Of a stretch of 64,000 nucleotides of DNA, positions 1 through 13,276 are shown piece after piece. Source of the DNA: Octopus sinensis. Lineage: Eukaryota. The notes beneath the pieces are model-generated. The model worked only from the letters and a program-made list of their open reading frames with translations. It made no database searches and was not told where the DNA came from. The position numbers and the translations under genes are program-made. The DNA is taken from positions 33,666,001-33,730,000 of the forward strand of contig NC_043012.1 in the NCBI RefSeq assembly GCF_006345805.1, given 5' to 3'. The number at the start of each line of letters is the position of its first letter. The stretch's first letter is position 1.

Positions 1-288
1 ACATCAACAATGTATTTTCGTATTTAATTTTGCTGCTCTTTCTATCAAATCAAGCGAATACTCCCTCAAATAAAACTCCCATTTTCATCTCTATTATAAT
101 GTTTTTAATGTATTATTGGCCATCCTTGGACACAACCATCACATATTTTAATCAATTATATCAACATCACTTCTTGCTTTTATTGATCTCCTCTTGTCGA
201 ATAATTAAGTTGCTGATAAAGACAGACATGAAAAACACCAGCTATTAGACCGATGTAAATGAAAGCACAGTAATGGACACACAAGACC

Positions 289-336
<48 letters not shown>

Positions 337-416
337 AAACAACATATTTACTGATGAGGTAACTTGATACTAAATTTAGAATTAGTTTTAATTAGCAGCC
401 CAATGTATGTTCATAT

Positions 417-454
<38 letters not shown>

Positions 455-458
<4 letters not shown>

Positions 459-1307
459 TATACTTTAATTTATCCTTCTCCAACCCTACCCACACCAAGC
501 TCTTCATCCTCGAACCCCAATTCCTCTGTCTACGCAGGCTCTGCACTGATGACCATGACTTTGAGACTCAGTCTCAACACAAGGCTCGCCACTTCATCCA
601 ACGTGGAAATTCACTCACCATTATCCACACTGCCCTTGGCCGGGCACGATCTGTGCATCATGTCTCTGCTCTTTTTCCTCGTACCCGACTCACCTTTACC
701 CGTCTCCCGATTTCCCTCACCTACCACTTCTCCACCCTACCCTTCCAATGCATTATTCTCCGAGCCTTCCTGTGACAGCAGCCCGACCCCTCCACCTTGC
801 ATATCTTCCCTAACCTACACCTTCCCTTCTTCAAACAAGCCCATAACCTGCGTGACCTCCTAGTCCACAGTTTCTTCCCTATACCCGCCTCTCAGCCTGG
901 ATCCTTTCCCTACTCCCAGCCACGCTGTCGCACCTGCCCCTACCTCTCTAACACCACCATCTTCACAAGCACATATCACCGTCCTTATCACCACACCGAC
1001 TCCTTTACCCGCACCTTTAGTAATGTCAATTACTGCATCTGCTCGCTGTACCTTCCTGTACATTGTCCAAACGGGACGCCGATAGGCTGGTCGGTACGCG
1101 AAGCACCTCTGGGACATCAGACTCAGCAATGACACCCCGGTCTCGCGCCACATCTGCTCTACTGGTCAGTCGCTACATCTGTCTGTGCTCGGACTGTCTT
1201 TCCACAGGTTCCGCCCGTTTTCCCACCTTCGCCGTGAACAAAAATTAATCTTCCCTCTTCGTTCCTTTGTGCCACATGGGCTAAATTCAGCTCCTCTCTT
1301 CATCTGA
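455..1307 (+). mobile_element. Degenerate Penelope-like element (PLE), 3' coding end: RT thumb/linker, Cys-rich linker and GIY-YIG endonuclease; 5'-truncated at a (TA)n tract
   Basis: The ORF pieces read QFLCLRRLCTDDHDF...FIQRG, then NLRDLLVHS...PRCRTC...SNVNYCIC. After a frameshift they read LYIVQTGRR*AGRYAKHLWDIRLSNDTPVSRH...REQKLIF.LRSFVPHGLN, stop at 1305-1307. This is the typical PLE C-terminal motif order, with stops and frameshifts. Confidence 0.88.
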
Positions 1308-1813
1308 CACCAACCTCAACTCCTCTCTTTATTTGATATCAATCCCACACGTATTCCCACTCACTTCTCACGTTCTCCACCTACACACCTGCATACAGCC
1401 CTCCTCGGTACCCTCACCCACATGCACACTGTTATCAGCTAACATCTTGTTTTAAGTTTTCCCTTACTAAACCTCATGACATTGCTTCTAATAAATCTTG
1501 ATTTTTATGACTATATCATCTAGAATGTCTGTCTACTCCCTCAACTCTACCCCAAGCAAATACGGCCCACTGTTTCTCTCAGCCTTAAATATATAAGGGA
1601 TTTGATAAACTAGTCTATAAATTAAAACTGACCCCATAAAAAAGAAACAAAAGCAATCAGTGAAAGGCAGTGTCTCCTTGAAAATTTTAGTTACGACTAT
1701 GCTGTTGTAGGTACAACATGCTCTTTGTCTATCTCCTTAACTTCTTGGCGATTTTAGGTATAATTATACTAATGTGTCCATCTGTTCTAATTTAATTAAA
1801 TTCTATGTGTTTG

Positions 1814-1900
1814 TGCAGCTAAAGATCGCTCTACATTTTAAATTGATGTAATGATTGCATTGTTTAATTAAACAGAGTTGCATGAAACGATCGTACTGCA
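1814..1900 (+). ncRNA. Degenerate type-I hammerhead, long-stem-II family
   Basis: Stem I TGCAG/CTGCA. Core CTAAAGA (G5 to A). About 58-nt stem II region. GAAAC-GATC-GTA gives palindromic stem III ACGATCGT. The 3' flank is homologous to 19620-19669. Confidence 0.55.
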
Positions 1901-1931
1901 TTACCTCTAGATATCCGTGTTGCTTATTTTG

Positions 1932-2062
<131 letters not shown>

Positions 2063-2834
2063 GTTGCCTGTAGAGCGGAAACGCGGAACTCCGCCTAACA
2101 AGTTCCATTTACCAGCTATTGGTCAACCCGAAGCTATAAGATATTGACGATGTATCTAACGTACTGTGATCAAATACAGAACGATTTCTTTGCAAGACAA
2201 ACGTAGCGACATCGTTATGTTTGTACCAGTTATCGTTGTGAAAAGCTGAAGATTATTCTTGCTTTAGTTTTAAATAATATGTAGGATGTCTTTTATTAAT
2301 GTGTTGATTGGTGCCAGCCTTTTCAAAATGTTTATTTGCTTTTTACTTCATCCATTATTTAGCCATTTCCTTCAAGTTAGAGATGTTTGAATAAACATTT
2401 TTGTCAGTGGATATCGACACTAGATAGTGATTTAATTTTGTTTATCATTTATGTAGCAGCACATTTTTTTTCTTCTTCTTCACTACATCATTCTGGAAAT
2501 TTCATTGAAACAGCTATTTTCCCCCTTCCTGAACGCAGAATTATTTATTGTTTGTGTACTTGTCAGGGATATTATCTTAAATTGCAATGTTGTGCTTCAT
2601 TTAACACTATCTGAAATTCTACAGGAAATTGGGTCGCTATGTGGTATATATTGGAATTTGTTGGCGGAAGAGATGTACAGATCTATAAATAGATCTCATG
2701 GCTTTCTAGCTCTACCACGCCCTCCCCCTCTCTCACCCTTCTCTCCTACCCTCCTCTTTCTCTCACCATTCCTTTCTCTCGCTCCTTCTCATTCCCACCC
2801 TCCTTCACTCTCCCCCTCTCTCTCTCCTTCCGTT

Positions 2835-2865
<31 letters not shown>

Positions 2866-5096
2866 ATTGTATGTATATACCTATGTGCGTGTATATGTAT
2901 ATATATATATATATATATAATATATATATATATATATAATTTTAATCCAAAAGGGAAACAAAAAAACAACAACAACAGGAACAATTACAGTATTATTATT
3001 AAAAGGCGCTCAGGAGATGGAAGCAGATATATATAGATATATATATAGATATATATACATACATATATATATACATATATATATTGTATATGTATATATT
3101 GTATATGTATATATATGTATTGTATATGTATATTGTATATGTATATATGTATATATATATATATGTGTATATATATATTGTATATGTATATATATGTGTG
3201 TGTGTAACGGTTAGCACTTCGTTGCAGTCGAGGGGTCACCAATTGTAACGGTTAGTTCTTCGTTGCAGTCGAGTATCACCAACATGTAACGGTTGTTGTT
3301 AAGGTGATGCCCACCAGTATGTAAGATGGAAGAAGAACAGCGCTCACGAAATTTTAAAGAAATATTTATTTACCGCTACTTTGTATAATGCCTTGCCTCG
3401 ATGGGCAGGTGATAAATTCGTAAAGCATGCAAAGTAAAGATAGATATCGTAGATTTTCCTTGTATAGTCTGTGTTTGTGTTCTCGTCATTGTGTAGTAGT
3501 AAATAGAGAGAGAGGTGGTAATGTTATAGAGAAAAGAAAGTGAATTAGTGAAAGTAAGAGTGGTGGGATGAAACAACCGCTTCGTTAATGAGTTACCATA
3601 GTTGTCCCTTTGTGCCTTTTCCTTTAGAGACGGCGTTTTGTTCAGCCGGTCAGCCAGACTCGGTTCTCACTAACTGACTTTGGCTTACGGTGTTCTTGTT
3701 TTTATAACTATCCAAAACCAGCCAGAAACATATTGTTGAGAACAATAGATTTCATTGGCGGCCTGTTATCTCTGTTCTAGCTCTTAGTGGCCTAGAAGAA
3801 GTTAGAAGAGTCAAATGGCAAAAAGACATTATTCTGCTTAGCAAAGACATCTGGCAAATATAACTGCTGTCACTCACAGAAAATCTATTGTTTTCCCGTA
3901 AGAAAAGTGCTGTTGAACTGTTAAGCGAAATTTGGCTATCGAGGATCGCTATGTTTGCATGAAGCCACTACACACACACACACCCATATATATATATATA
4001 TACATGCTTGACAACACGTGATATGTATTTCACAGAGGACAAATAGTCTTTCAGTTCATTTTCTATAACTGGTTTTGGGAAGACGGTGATGGTATCAAGA
4101 ACTTTAGAATAAGTTCTTACCACCACTCTCCTCTCCTCCATATCTTTTAACCACTGCTTGGGTGGGACAATCTCCCACTCCAAAGCAGCGGCACCATTCT
4201 TTATCGCCATGAGGAAGAAAGTTCAAATGTCCACAAAAATAGAAATACACTAGAAAAAAAAAGTCCGAACGAAAAATAAACAATAAAAAATAAAACAAAA
4301 GAAAACAAAAAGAACAGTTAAAAAAACAGAAGGAAAAACACGGAAGAAGTAAAAATATGGTTCCAAATGGCAACAACACAATTCCGGCCACTGGTACTTC
4401 TGGCCCTCTTCTTTGGCTGGTACTCGGAGCTGGAATCTTAAATCCACAGAAGATGAATCTTCGCCACAATGGGCCACAAAAATGTTCAATGACTGGAACA
4501 AACTTCAATTTTTGGACGGGGATACGTCCCCAACATTTTTTCAACAAGCAAAAATCACAATAGCCGCCGAGAGTAGGCGCAATTGTCCCAGAGCACGGCG
4601 AAATTTACTGAAAAAATTCCAAAACAATAAATCATGCCCAGCTCAAAACAAACAAAATCACCTACCTCAATGGACTTCTTAATTTTCAGTTTTTGGACGG
4701 AGCGCACTAGCTCATGTCCTCCTTGTTCAAGTGTTGAAACAAAACACCAATGCGCATGTGCAAGAATCAAGCTACATACCATACAGCCACTCCTACGCCT
4801 ATATATATTATTAATTATATATTAAGGTATAGACCTTGTAGTATGCTGATTAAAGCTCGTCCTCAGTATTCTGCTACCTGGTGTCAACAACGGTAGGGAG
4901 GTATATGCCACTGGATTTACTTCAGCAATTATTTTGTGTCCGTAGAGTTTATATAAAAAATATGAGGGGTAGAAAATGGAATGCACGAGACTCTTCATTC
5001 AGCACCACAACGATCGTTCCGACCCAGCATGCACCAGAACCTAACGGCAAAAGGTATACAGAATATGTACCAGGCTATGTACCAGAATATGTACAA

Positions 5097-5329
5097 GACG
5101 ACGAGCCGGCAGAATCGTTAGCACGTTGAGCGAAATGCGTAGCCGTATTTCGTCTGCCGCTACGTTCTGAGTTCAAATTCCGCCGAGGTCGACTTTGCCT
5201 TTCATCCTTTCGGGGTCGATAAATTAAGTACCAGTTACGCACTGGGGTCGATGTAATCGACTTAATCCCTTTGTCTGTCTTTGTGTGTCCCCTGTATGCT
5301 TAGACCGCTGTGGGCAATAAATAAATAAG
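5097..5329 (+). mobile_element. tRNA-derived SINE, family I
   Basis: Head ...GGCAGAATCGTTAGCAC... with B-box-like GAGTTCAAATTC, a conserved body and an AATAAATAAATAA tail. At least 6 other copies occur in the window. Confidence 0.85.
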
Positions 5330-5414
5330 TATATGTACCAGACTAAAAACAGAATGTATACATTCATACGCACACGCATATATGTGTGCACGCGCGTCTA
5401 TGTGTTTGTATGTT

Positions 5415-5453
<39 letters not shown>

Positions 5454-5464
5454 GTGCATGTGTG

Positions 5465-5551
<87 letters not shown>

Positions 5552-7200
5552 ACATATATATATATATACATACATATATGCAAACAGATACACACACAAT
5601 CATGTGTCTAGTAATGCGTCAGTGTTTCGCCAGATTTAGCCAAGGCCTCGTCCCCATTTCTGCGTCCATTTCTTCATTAATAATAGATGTTGACTTCATC
5701 TAAAATAATAACCCTAATTATCTTCTTGCAGATGGACTATTTCTGGTAATCTTCGTTATCTCTTTTATTAACAACTGCTCTGGTTTCTATTCCAGTCTCT
5801 CGAAAGAAGAATTTAGAATACAAGTCAACTAAAATTATCAAACAGTAACTCCACTGTTTGTTCCGTTGAGAAGATAAATAATAAAAACCAAGTTTCGTTT
5901 GACTGAGGTGAGAGGTGTAGGATTAGTTTCTCGGGTTAACAATGTTGTACTAAAGGTTAAAAGCTTTGCTATCTAACAACTTTGTAACTTTGTCCTTTTT
6001 CGGTATATATTTGCAATAGCGGGTTTAAATGAACGCCTTATACGAGTTTTTCATTTTTTTTTTTGTTTTGTTTTGTTCATACCATTCTGAATTCAAACAC
6101 TCGAATCGAATATTAGTTCAATTCTCTCAAGCTACAAGAAATAGTTTGCAGAAATTAATCCACCAAGACTTGCTGTGGGTATATAGCGCGACTCCAATCT
6201 TATTTCATACGTTCTAAACACAAACACACTCGAACACACTGTTTCTGTGTTATTTATTTTGTGGCATAAAAACATGAAAAGCACTCAATGCAACAGTATA
6301 CTGGCAGGGTCTAGAATCTGTCATTTGACTTGAAAAGAATCTGCAATTCCGGAACACTGTTTTCATTCTTTTGGCTCTTTTTTATTTAGACCCATTTATT
6401 TACACAATGTCCCTTTCAAAGCTCTGGAATTTTCAAGAAATATTGCAACATAAATCACAATGATATTGAGATTATTATGCATACTAGGAAATATCTTATG
6501 TCCAGTAAGGATTATAGTATTAGTAAAAAGTACTTACGACCTTTGTAAGCAGAAAATAATCGCTGGATGGTGCGGGAATGTGCGAACTTGTCATTTTATT
6601 CATTTGACTCAAAGCAAGATTTAAAACCTTATATATGAGACTGTACGGTGATGACGACTTAGTTGAGTTTTAAGACCAAGAGACTACGTAAGGGGAAATT
6701 ACTATCGAGAAAGCTGTAGTTGGAAAAGCTTAAAGCTATTCCAAAAGGTTCTTTTGAAACCATCTCTGAAAGACGAGGCAAAACATTTTTCAATCATGAT
6801 GACACAGAGGGCAGCAGAGTTTCTCTGAAACAGATTCTGTATACTTCTGCTGCTAAGAAATTTTGCCATCCGTGGAAACTCTATCAGGATTGATTAATGG
6901 AAATATAAAAGACTTCCGGCTAATGTTATCATTTTTCTCTTTGAGTCATTTAATTGAAATCAACTCGTAGGAAACCTTATAAATAGTTGCTAGAATTTGT
7001 TAAATTATTTGAAATATAAATATATTTGTCTCTGCAGCAGAATTATTGTGTTCGGAACCGTTCATATAAGGTTTCCAATATTCCACTATTTCCCATTTAA
7101 AGTTAAAATTATTAATACCGCTCTTTTTTAAATTCCGTACACTACTGGATGGTTTTGCAGAGTTCTACTGCAAAAGCTGTAGGTATGATTTAGGCAGTTG

Positions 7201-7425
7201 TTCTTATTTCTTTATTGCCCACAAGGGGCTAAACATAGAGGGGACAAACAAAGGGATTAAGTCGATTACATTGACCCCAGTGCGTAACTAGTACTTAATT
7301 TATCGACTCCGAAGGGATGAAAGGCAAAGTCGACCTCGGCGGAATTTGAACTCAGAACGTAACGGCAGACGAAATACAGCTAAGCATTTCGCCCGGCGTG
7401 CTAACGATTCTGCCAGCTCGCCGCC
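7201..7425 (-). mobile_element. SINE family I, full length, with 17-bp target-site duplication
   Basis: TTTAGGCAGTTGTTCTT occurs at 7189-7205 and 7426-7442, flanking the copy. Confidence 0.9.
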
Positions 7426-8084
7426 TTTAGGCAGTTGTTCTTGAAGTTATCCTCTGCCATACGAAAGTCGTGTTTCAATCATAGAGGCTCTAGTGGAAGG
7501 AGTGCTAGCTTTATAATTGGCTGAATTAGCTTCATAGTAACGGTCGAGCGAGTATAACTCTTTATTCCGGCAAACATACACCTTATTATCTGTCCTCACT
7601 CATTGAAATCTGGAGAGTGAACTATTTCCAAATAAATTAGTTTTTAAGCAGTAACTAAAATTTGTATTATTTCGATTTTACAGTTTTTACAGTTTTCTAA
7701 ATATGGGCTCCATAAACATTGCTATTATTAAAATAAGTACCCCTACATTTTATTAAACTTTCTTCAGATCTTTACAATGTAAGTGAATAACTTTCAATAT
7801 TCATGGTATAACTTTGGCAGCTTCTTTCAATCCAGTTAATGACGGGTATTTCTGCTAGTATATATATGGAATTTTCTTTCCATCCGATTCTACACCATTC
7901 GATCGTCGTATCTCGAGGTTTACATTCTGCATAGTCAGCCTAATGATATCTTCCACATAATCCGTTCCAATATTGGGTTTCTTTCACCCCGTTTTTAAGT
8001 CTGATGGTATAGCTTGAAGAACGTATATGGGTTGCATGTGCGTGAAACTTTTGGTAGCGTGAGCTATACATGTGAGGTGGTCAT

Positions 8085-9026
8085 AAAAAACTATACGAAA
8101 ACAGCTGAAATGTTTGATGTATCAAGACGTAGTCTCGAAAGTAATGACAGCCTTTGAGAAAGAGGGAAAAACCTCCTTGTCGAAACAAAACTCCGGAAGA
8201 AAACCAAAACTTTCAGATAGGGACCGTCGGAATTGTTGGAAAGGATCACAAAAGTACAGCTCCCAAAATTACTACAGAGCTTAATGACCACCTCGAGAAT
8301 CCAGTTTCCAGAAAAAACTGTTCGCATGGAGCTGTACAAAGCCGGATTTCACGGGAGGGCTGCAATCAGAAAACCACTACTTTCAAAAACAAACATTGCA
8401 AAGCGATTAGAGTGGAGTAAAAACCTACGGAATTGGTCCCTAGACCAGTGGAAGAATGTTATTTTCTCGGACGAGTCATCCTTTACCTTATTACCGACCA
8501 CCGGCCGAGTATACGTGTGGAGACAGATAAAAGAAGCACTTGACCCAGACTGCCTTCTTCCAACATGGAGGACTATCTGTGGTGATCTTGGAAATCTGCA
8601 GGCCCAATGGTTTCCCTTCGTGGCAGAATTAATAGTCAACACAATTTAAGCATTTTATCTGATTAAATTCACCCTATGGTTGCGGAACTGTTTCCGGAGG
8701 GAAACGCAATCTTTCAGGATGATAATGCACCAATTCACACAGATAAAGTTGTTATTGAATGGCACGAGGAACATTTTAGTGAAGTTGAACATCTTATTTG
8801 GCCTCCACAGGCCCCAGATCTCAATATTATTGAACATTTATGGTGCATTTTAGAAAAACAAATAAGGAGTCGATATCCTCTACCATCATCACTACAAGAA
8901 CTGGAGACTGTTTTAACTGAAGAATAGAGAAACATCCCTTTGGAAACAATTCAAACTTTGTACCAGTCCATACCTCGTAGAGCTCAAGCTGTAATTACTG
9001 CCAAAGGCGGTCCTACCCGATATTAA
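8085..9026 (+). mobile_element. Tc1-family (DD34E) transposase pseudogene
   Basis: HTH region (SGRKPKLSDRDRR; GFHGRAAIRKPLLS) followed by WKNVIFSDES, IFQDDNAPIH, WPPQAPDLNIIEHLW and terminal AKGGPTRY*. Broken by frameshifts and stops. Confidence 0.92.
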
Positions 9027-9047
9027 AATAAATTTGTTTATGATCGA

Positions 9048-9238
9048 TCGTTAGCCACTACACACATTTTTTTCTCTCCTTTTTTCTTTCCTTGTTTTTT
9101 TTTCTGTGTCCCTTTCTGTAGAAGAGCGTAGGCTCGAAACGTAAAAGACTTTTTCTTTTCCTGAGCGTTATACTAATGCATCTGTTTGTTTTGTAAACCA
9201 CCTGTCTTCGTCTTTTGTTTTTTTTCGTAAACTCTCCA
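9048..9238 (+). mobile_element. HHR-bearing short repeat, family 1A (PLE pseudo-LTR-like); HHR at 9112-9147
   Basis: CTTT-CTGTAGA-A-GAGC/GCTC-GAAAC-GTA-AAAG. Homologous to 15035-15235 and 27078-27268. The 3' end abuts (TA)n. Confidence 0.75.
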
Positions 9239-9251
9239 TATATATACATAC

Positions 9252-9328
<77 letters not shown>

Positions 9329-9984
9329 TGTATGTATGTATGTATGTATGTATGTGTATGTATGTATGTAGGTATGTGTGTATGTATGCATGCATGTATG
9401 TATATCTGTTGCCATCTCTTAGTTACTGCTCCTTCGTCCTTCACCTCACAGCTACCCCTCAACTCAGTTTCTCTTTCCTTCTTTTATTTAATGCCACCCT
9501 TAACATTTTTACAATCCATCGTTATTACTTGATGCCATTCTTTCCTTACCTTCTCTCCGTCTTTTTTCTCATTTCTCCATTCCCCCCTCCTTCCCCTTAA
9601 TTTCTACGTCCTCTTCTCGTTTTCGTGCGCAGACGTTTGTGCCTGAATGGTTGGTATGCCAGTGGGCTTATCTGCACGCGAGCGTGTTTGTGTGTGTGAG
9701 AGAGAGTTTGTGTGTTTATACGCATAAAATCAAACATACATACACAGAAGTCGTTATATACACAGATATTCATTTGTATGCGATCGTACACAAAAGTATA
9801 TACACATAGACACACTGCGCATATGTCTGCATTGCTTTTGTTTGTGCGCATGCGTTTGTATACATAAAGGTCTGTATGCGGATCCTTTTCAACACTTAAG
9901 GCTTCTCAATTTTCAGACAAAACTGAAAATGTTTACCGAAAATTTGTAGTTTTTGTTGAAAATTGTTAGTTTTACTGCTGCTGC

Positions 9985-10115
9985 TGCTTGTTTGTTTGTT
10001 GAGCGAAGAGGTCTTCGTCCCAGAGCTCGCAAGATCGCGCATCGGGAGAAGTTCGAAACGTGGTCCTTTGCTATTCGTAAGACCCGCAGAAGAGAAAGCA
10101 GGTCAACCCCCGACA
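9985..10115 (-). mobile_element. 3' part of SINE family III, interrupted by family I SINE
   Basis: Homologous to 37245-37360 (GTTTGTTTGTTGAGCGAAG...GTAAGACCCGCAGAAGAGAAAGC). Confidence 0.7.
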
Positions 10116-10124
10116 CCGACACCA

Positions 10125-10390
10125 CAAGGGGCTAAACATAGAGGGGACAAACAAGGACAGACAAACGGATTAAGTCGATTACATCCAGCCCAGTGCGTTA
10201 CTGGTACTTAATTTATCGACCCCGAAAGGATGAAAGGCAAAGTTGACCTCGGCAGAATTTGAACTCAGAACGTAAAGACAGACGAAATACGTATTTCTTT
10301 ACTACCCACAAGGGGCTAAACACAGAGGGGACAAACAAGGACAGACAAACGGATTAAGCCGTGCTAACGTTTGTGCCAGCTCGCCGCCGA
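10125..10390 (-). mobile_element. SINE family I, composite of two partial copies
   Basis: CCACAAGGGGCTAAAC...ACAAACGGATTAAG occurs twice, and the head motif GCCAGCTCGCCGCC lies at about 10375-10389. Confidence 0.8.
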
Positions 10391-11089
10391 AGTCAACTTG
10401 TTAATATGTTAATGTGTTAATGGCATGGGGAGAGATTCCATGACATCTTAAGAGGGAATCTAGAAGTGGTAGCGGGGGTGAAGAAGGAGGTTATCTGTCA
10501 GTAGTGGTTGCCGAAGGAGATGGGGAGAGGAGGTTGTAAGAGGAGGAACTTCTCTCCCTTCCCTAGAAGCAACAGTTTCTCATCAAAATCCCCAGCAATG
10601 CCAATACCGCCGCCGCCACCACTACCAGCAACACAAGCAGCGGTACCACCACAACTACTACCAGCAATAAAACACCATTACCACCACAACCACTACCGCT
10701 ATCACAACTATCACTACTACCATCAACACCACCAACACCGTCACCACCGCCACTATAACCACACCGACCACCTCGCCACCACTATCAACATAAAAATAAT
10801 AATGAATAGATTAATGCTGCTGATGATGATGGGGAAGCCTTTCTCTTTTTCCCTGTCTCCCCTTGCCCTTGATCTCAATTACCACCAATAGCTTAGACAC
10901 CCGTCCTGTAATAAATACACACAGCTAGGCTACAATCTTTACGTATCGTCTATATACTGCCTATATATCGTCTGTTAATCACTCAACACCACCGCCACTC
11001 AAAATCCACGACCGCCAACTGGTGCCAACCAAACCATGCCTCCACCCGTTCACACGCCACTGTCTTACACTTGACCTTGAATCAATCTG

Positions 11090-11310
11090 TTTCTTTACTA
11101 CCCACAAGGGGCTAAACATAGAAGGGACAAACAAGGACAGACAAACGGATTAAGTCGATTACATCGACCCCAGTGCGTAACTGGTACTTAATTTATCGAC
11201 CCCGAAAGGATGAAAGGCAAAGTCGACCTCGGCGGAATTTGAACTCAGAACGTAGCGGCAGACGAAATACGGCTACACATTTCGCCCGGCGTGCTAACGA
11301 TTCTGCCAGA
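11090..11310 (-). mobile_element. SINE family I
   Basis: Near-identical to the 7201-7425 and 54620-54848 copies. Confidence 0.85.
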
Positions 11311-11611
11311 CTGGCATTCCGACGGTTACGACGGCGAATCTCCCAGTCGAGCCAATCAACGGAACAGCCTGCTCGTGAAATTAACGTGCATGTGGCTGAG
11401 TACTCCACAGACAGGTGTAATCTTAACGTTGTTCTCAGTTGGATTCAGCATGACATAGAGTGTGATAAGGTACAACTCATTTTCTGCCAACGAAGTGGTG
11501 TGGAGTAAGGGGAAATAAAAGTGTCTTGCTCAAAGAAACAAAGCAACACCGAATATCGAACTCACAACCTATATGTTCCTATAACCTTTGTTATTTCTGT
11601 AACCCTTTAAA

Positions 11612-11700
11612 ATGGAAGATAAGAAAGTTCATTTTCGGCACTTGAAGCTTTGGGAACTAGACAAAAATTGCTGCAGCTCTGCTGGGATGTCTTTTTTTTT
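11612..11700 (+). mobile_element. Possible mariner transposase N-terminal remnant
   Basis: MEDKKVHFRHLKLWE resembles the mariner N-terminus (HFRH motif). The match is short and nothing downstream is recognisable. Confidence 0.3.
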
Positions 11701-12401
11701 TTTTGTAAATAATCCATTTCTCATCACACGAGATCATTCTTTTCAAAAATGGATCACTTTTGTTTCGTCTGAGCAGAGACTAGCAGACGGAAATATGCCC
11801 TCTTAAGTATTTTCCTATTAAGTAGTTATGAGGCGTCCAAACAGTATAGCGATTCACGTAACCAAATGTTTTTAAACGCTTTTATAACGCTCAAATGGGA
11901 TAACGTGGAGAATCTCCGCGATGTCTCGCATTGGGTGACGTGGATTAATTTTCATTAAAATCTTGGATTGTTCATAATCAACGACTGCGGGCCTACTGAA
12001 AGATTCACCATCTTCCGGGTCAAAAGTTTCGGTTCTAAACCTAGCGAACTACTTACAAACAATACTCTCAGGTATGGCGCGTTTCTTCTTTGCTGTTCCG
12101 GAAATAAAAGAGCATTAAATGGCGAAAATGTGTTTCATTTTAACTTCATTTTCAATTTTATCGTCGGAACAGTAGAAGTAAATAATCCACACAAAATTCA
12201 AATACAAAAATGCATTGAGATCTCTTTCAGGAAAAATATGTCATATATTCCTGTCACGTTATAAACAGATCACGTGATTAAAATATCACCAAGTGAAAAA
12301 CGCTACGAACTTTTTTTGCCATCCCCAATATAAATATGTATAGATCTGTGTATAGAGTGTGTATAGATATGTATGGATATGTATAGAGTGTGTGTGTGTG
12401 T

Positions 12402-12419
<18 letters not shown>

Positions 12420-12433
<14 letters not shown>

Positions 12434-12822
12434 TTGTGTCCGTGTTTGTTTCCCCCACCCACCGCTTGATAACTGGTGTTGACGTGTTTAAGTCCCTGTA
12501 ACTGCGGTTCGACAAAAATGAGCGATAGAATAAGTACTAGGCTTACAAAGAATAAGTCTTGGGGGGGGATCGATTTCTTCGACTAAAAGAACTCTTTAAG
12601 GCGGTACTCCAGTATGGCCGAAATCAAATGACTGGAACAAGTAAAAGAATAAAATAATATATATTTAGGCATGGTTGTGTGGTAAGAAGTTTGCTTCCTC
12701 ACCGCATGCTTCAGGGTTCAGTCTCAATGCGTGGCACCTTGGGCAAGTGACTTCTACTATGGCCTCGGGCCAACCAAACTCTTGCGAGTGGATTTGGCAG
12801 ACGGAAACTGAAAGAAGCCCGT
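12420..12822 (+). mobile_element. SINE family II: a 3' half (12420-12655) followed by a 5' half (12665-12822)
   Basis: Homology to the 34050-34450 copy: tRNA-like head TGGTTGTGTGGTAAG...GGGTTCAGT, and 3' end GACTGGAACAAGTAAAAGAATAAA. Confidence 0.75.
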
Positions 12823-12834
12823 TAATGTGACCTC

Positions 12835-13100
12835 GTGTGTACCGTTGGCGATTTTTTTCCCTGTCTTCCCTTCTCTGGATCTTTCCTTCTCCTATGTTTC
12901 CGACGAAGAGCTCCGCTCGAAACGTTAAACACTCCTTCTTTCCTTCTTTCCTGAGCGTCCAATAATACTATATTTGTTCCACGTCCTCGCATTGTTGTGT
13001 TTTTTTGTGCGCTTTCTTGTTTGGATTAACTATATATATAATCCAAACAAGAAAGCACACAAAAAAAACACAACAATGCGAGGACGTGGAACAAATATAG
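12835..13100 (+). mobile_element. HHR-bearing repeat family 1B (HHR 12896-12930) with a 3' fold-back centred on (TA)n
   Basis: GTTT-CCGACGA-A-GAGC/GCTC-GAAAC-GTT-AAAC. Segment 12968-13027 is inverted at about 13039-13100. Confidence 0.75.
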
Positions 13101-13163
13101 AATTATAGTATGTACACACATATATATATATAATAAGATCAAAAACAAAACACAAAGGATATC

Positions 13164-13254
13164 GCGGTACACGTGTTTCAAGCTTTATAAACGACCTGTT
13201 CTTACATCAGTGTATAATAGATATAAAAGATGGTTTAAAGCTCTCTTCAGCCGC
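13164..13254 (-). ncRNA. Intact type-I hammerhead with an 8-bp stem II and 48-nt loop
   Basis: Minus strand: GCGG-CTGAAGA-GAGCTTTA...TAAAGCTT-GAAAC-ACGT-GTA^-CCGC. Stem I GCGG/CCGC, palindromic stem III ACACGTGT. Confidence 0.82.
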
Positions 13255-13276
13255 ATACATTGTTTATGTATGTATA

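Noticed and set aside
3203-3300. 41-bp period repeat starting TGTAACGGTT (3203, 3244, 3285), superficially CRISPR-like
   Set aside because: The whole unit is repeated with no unique spacers, there are only about 2.3 copies, there are no cas genes and the context is eukaryotic. It is a simple tandem duplication.
3968-4682. Non-repetitive ORFs (80-147 aa) that might be an exon or retroelement ORF1
   Set aside because: No motif I can identify with confidence, and no splice structure was established.
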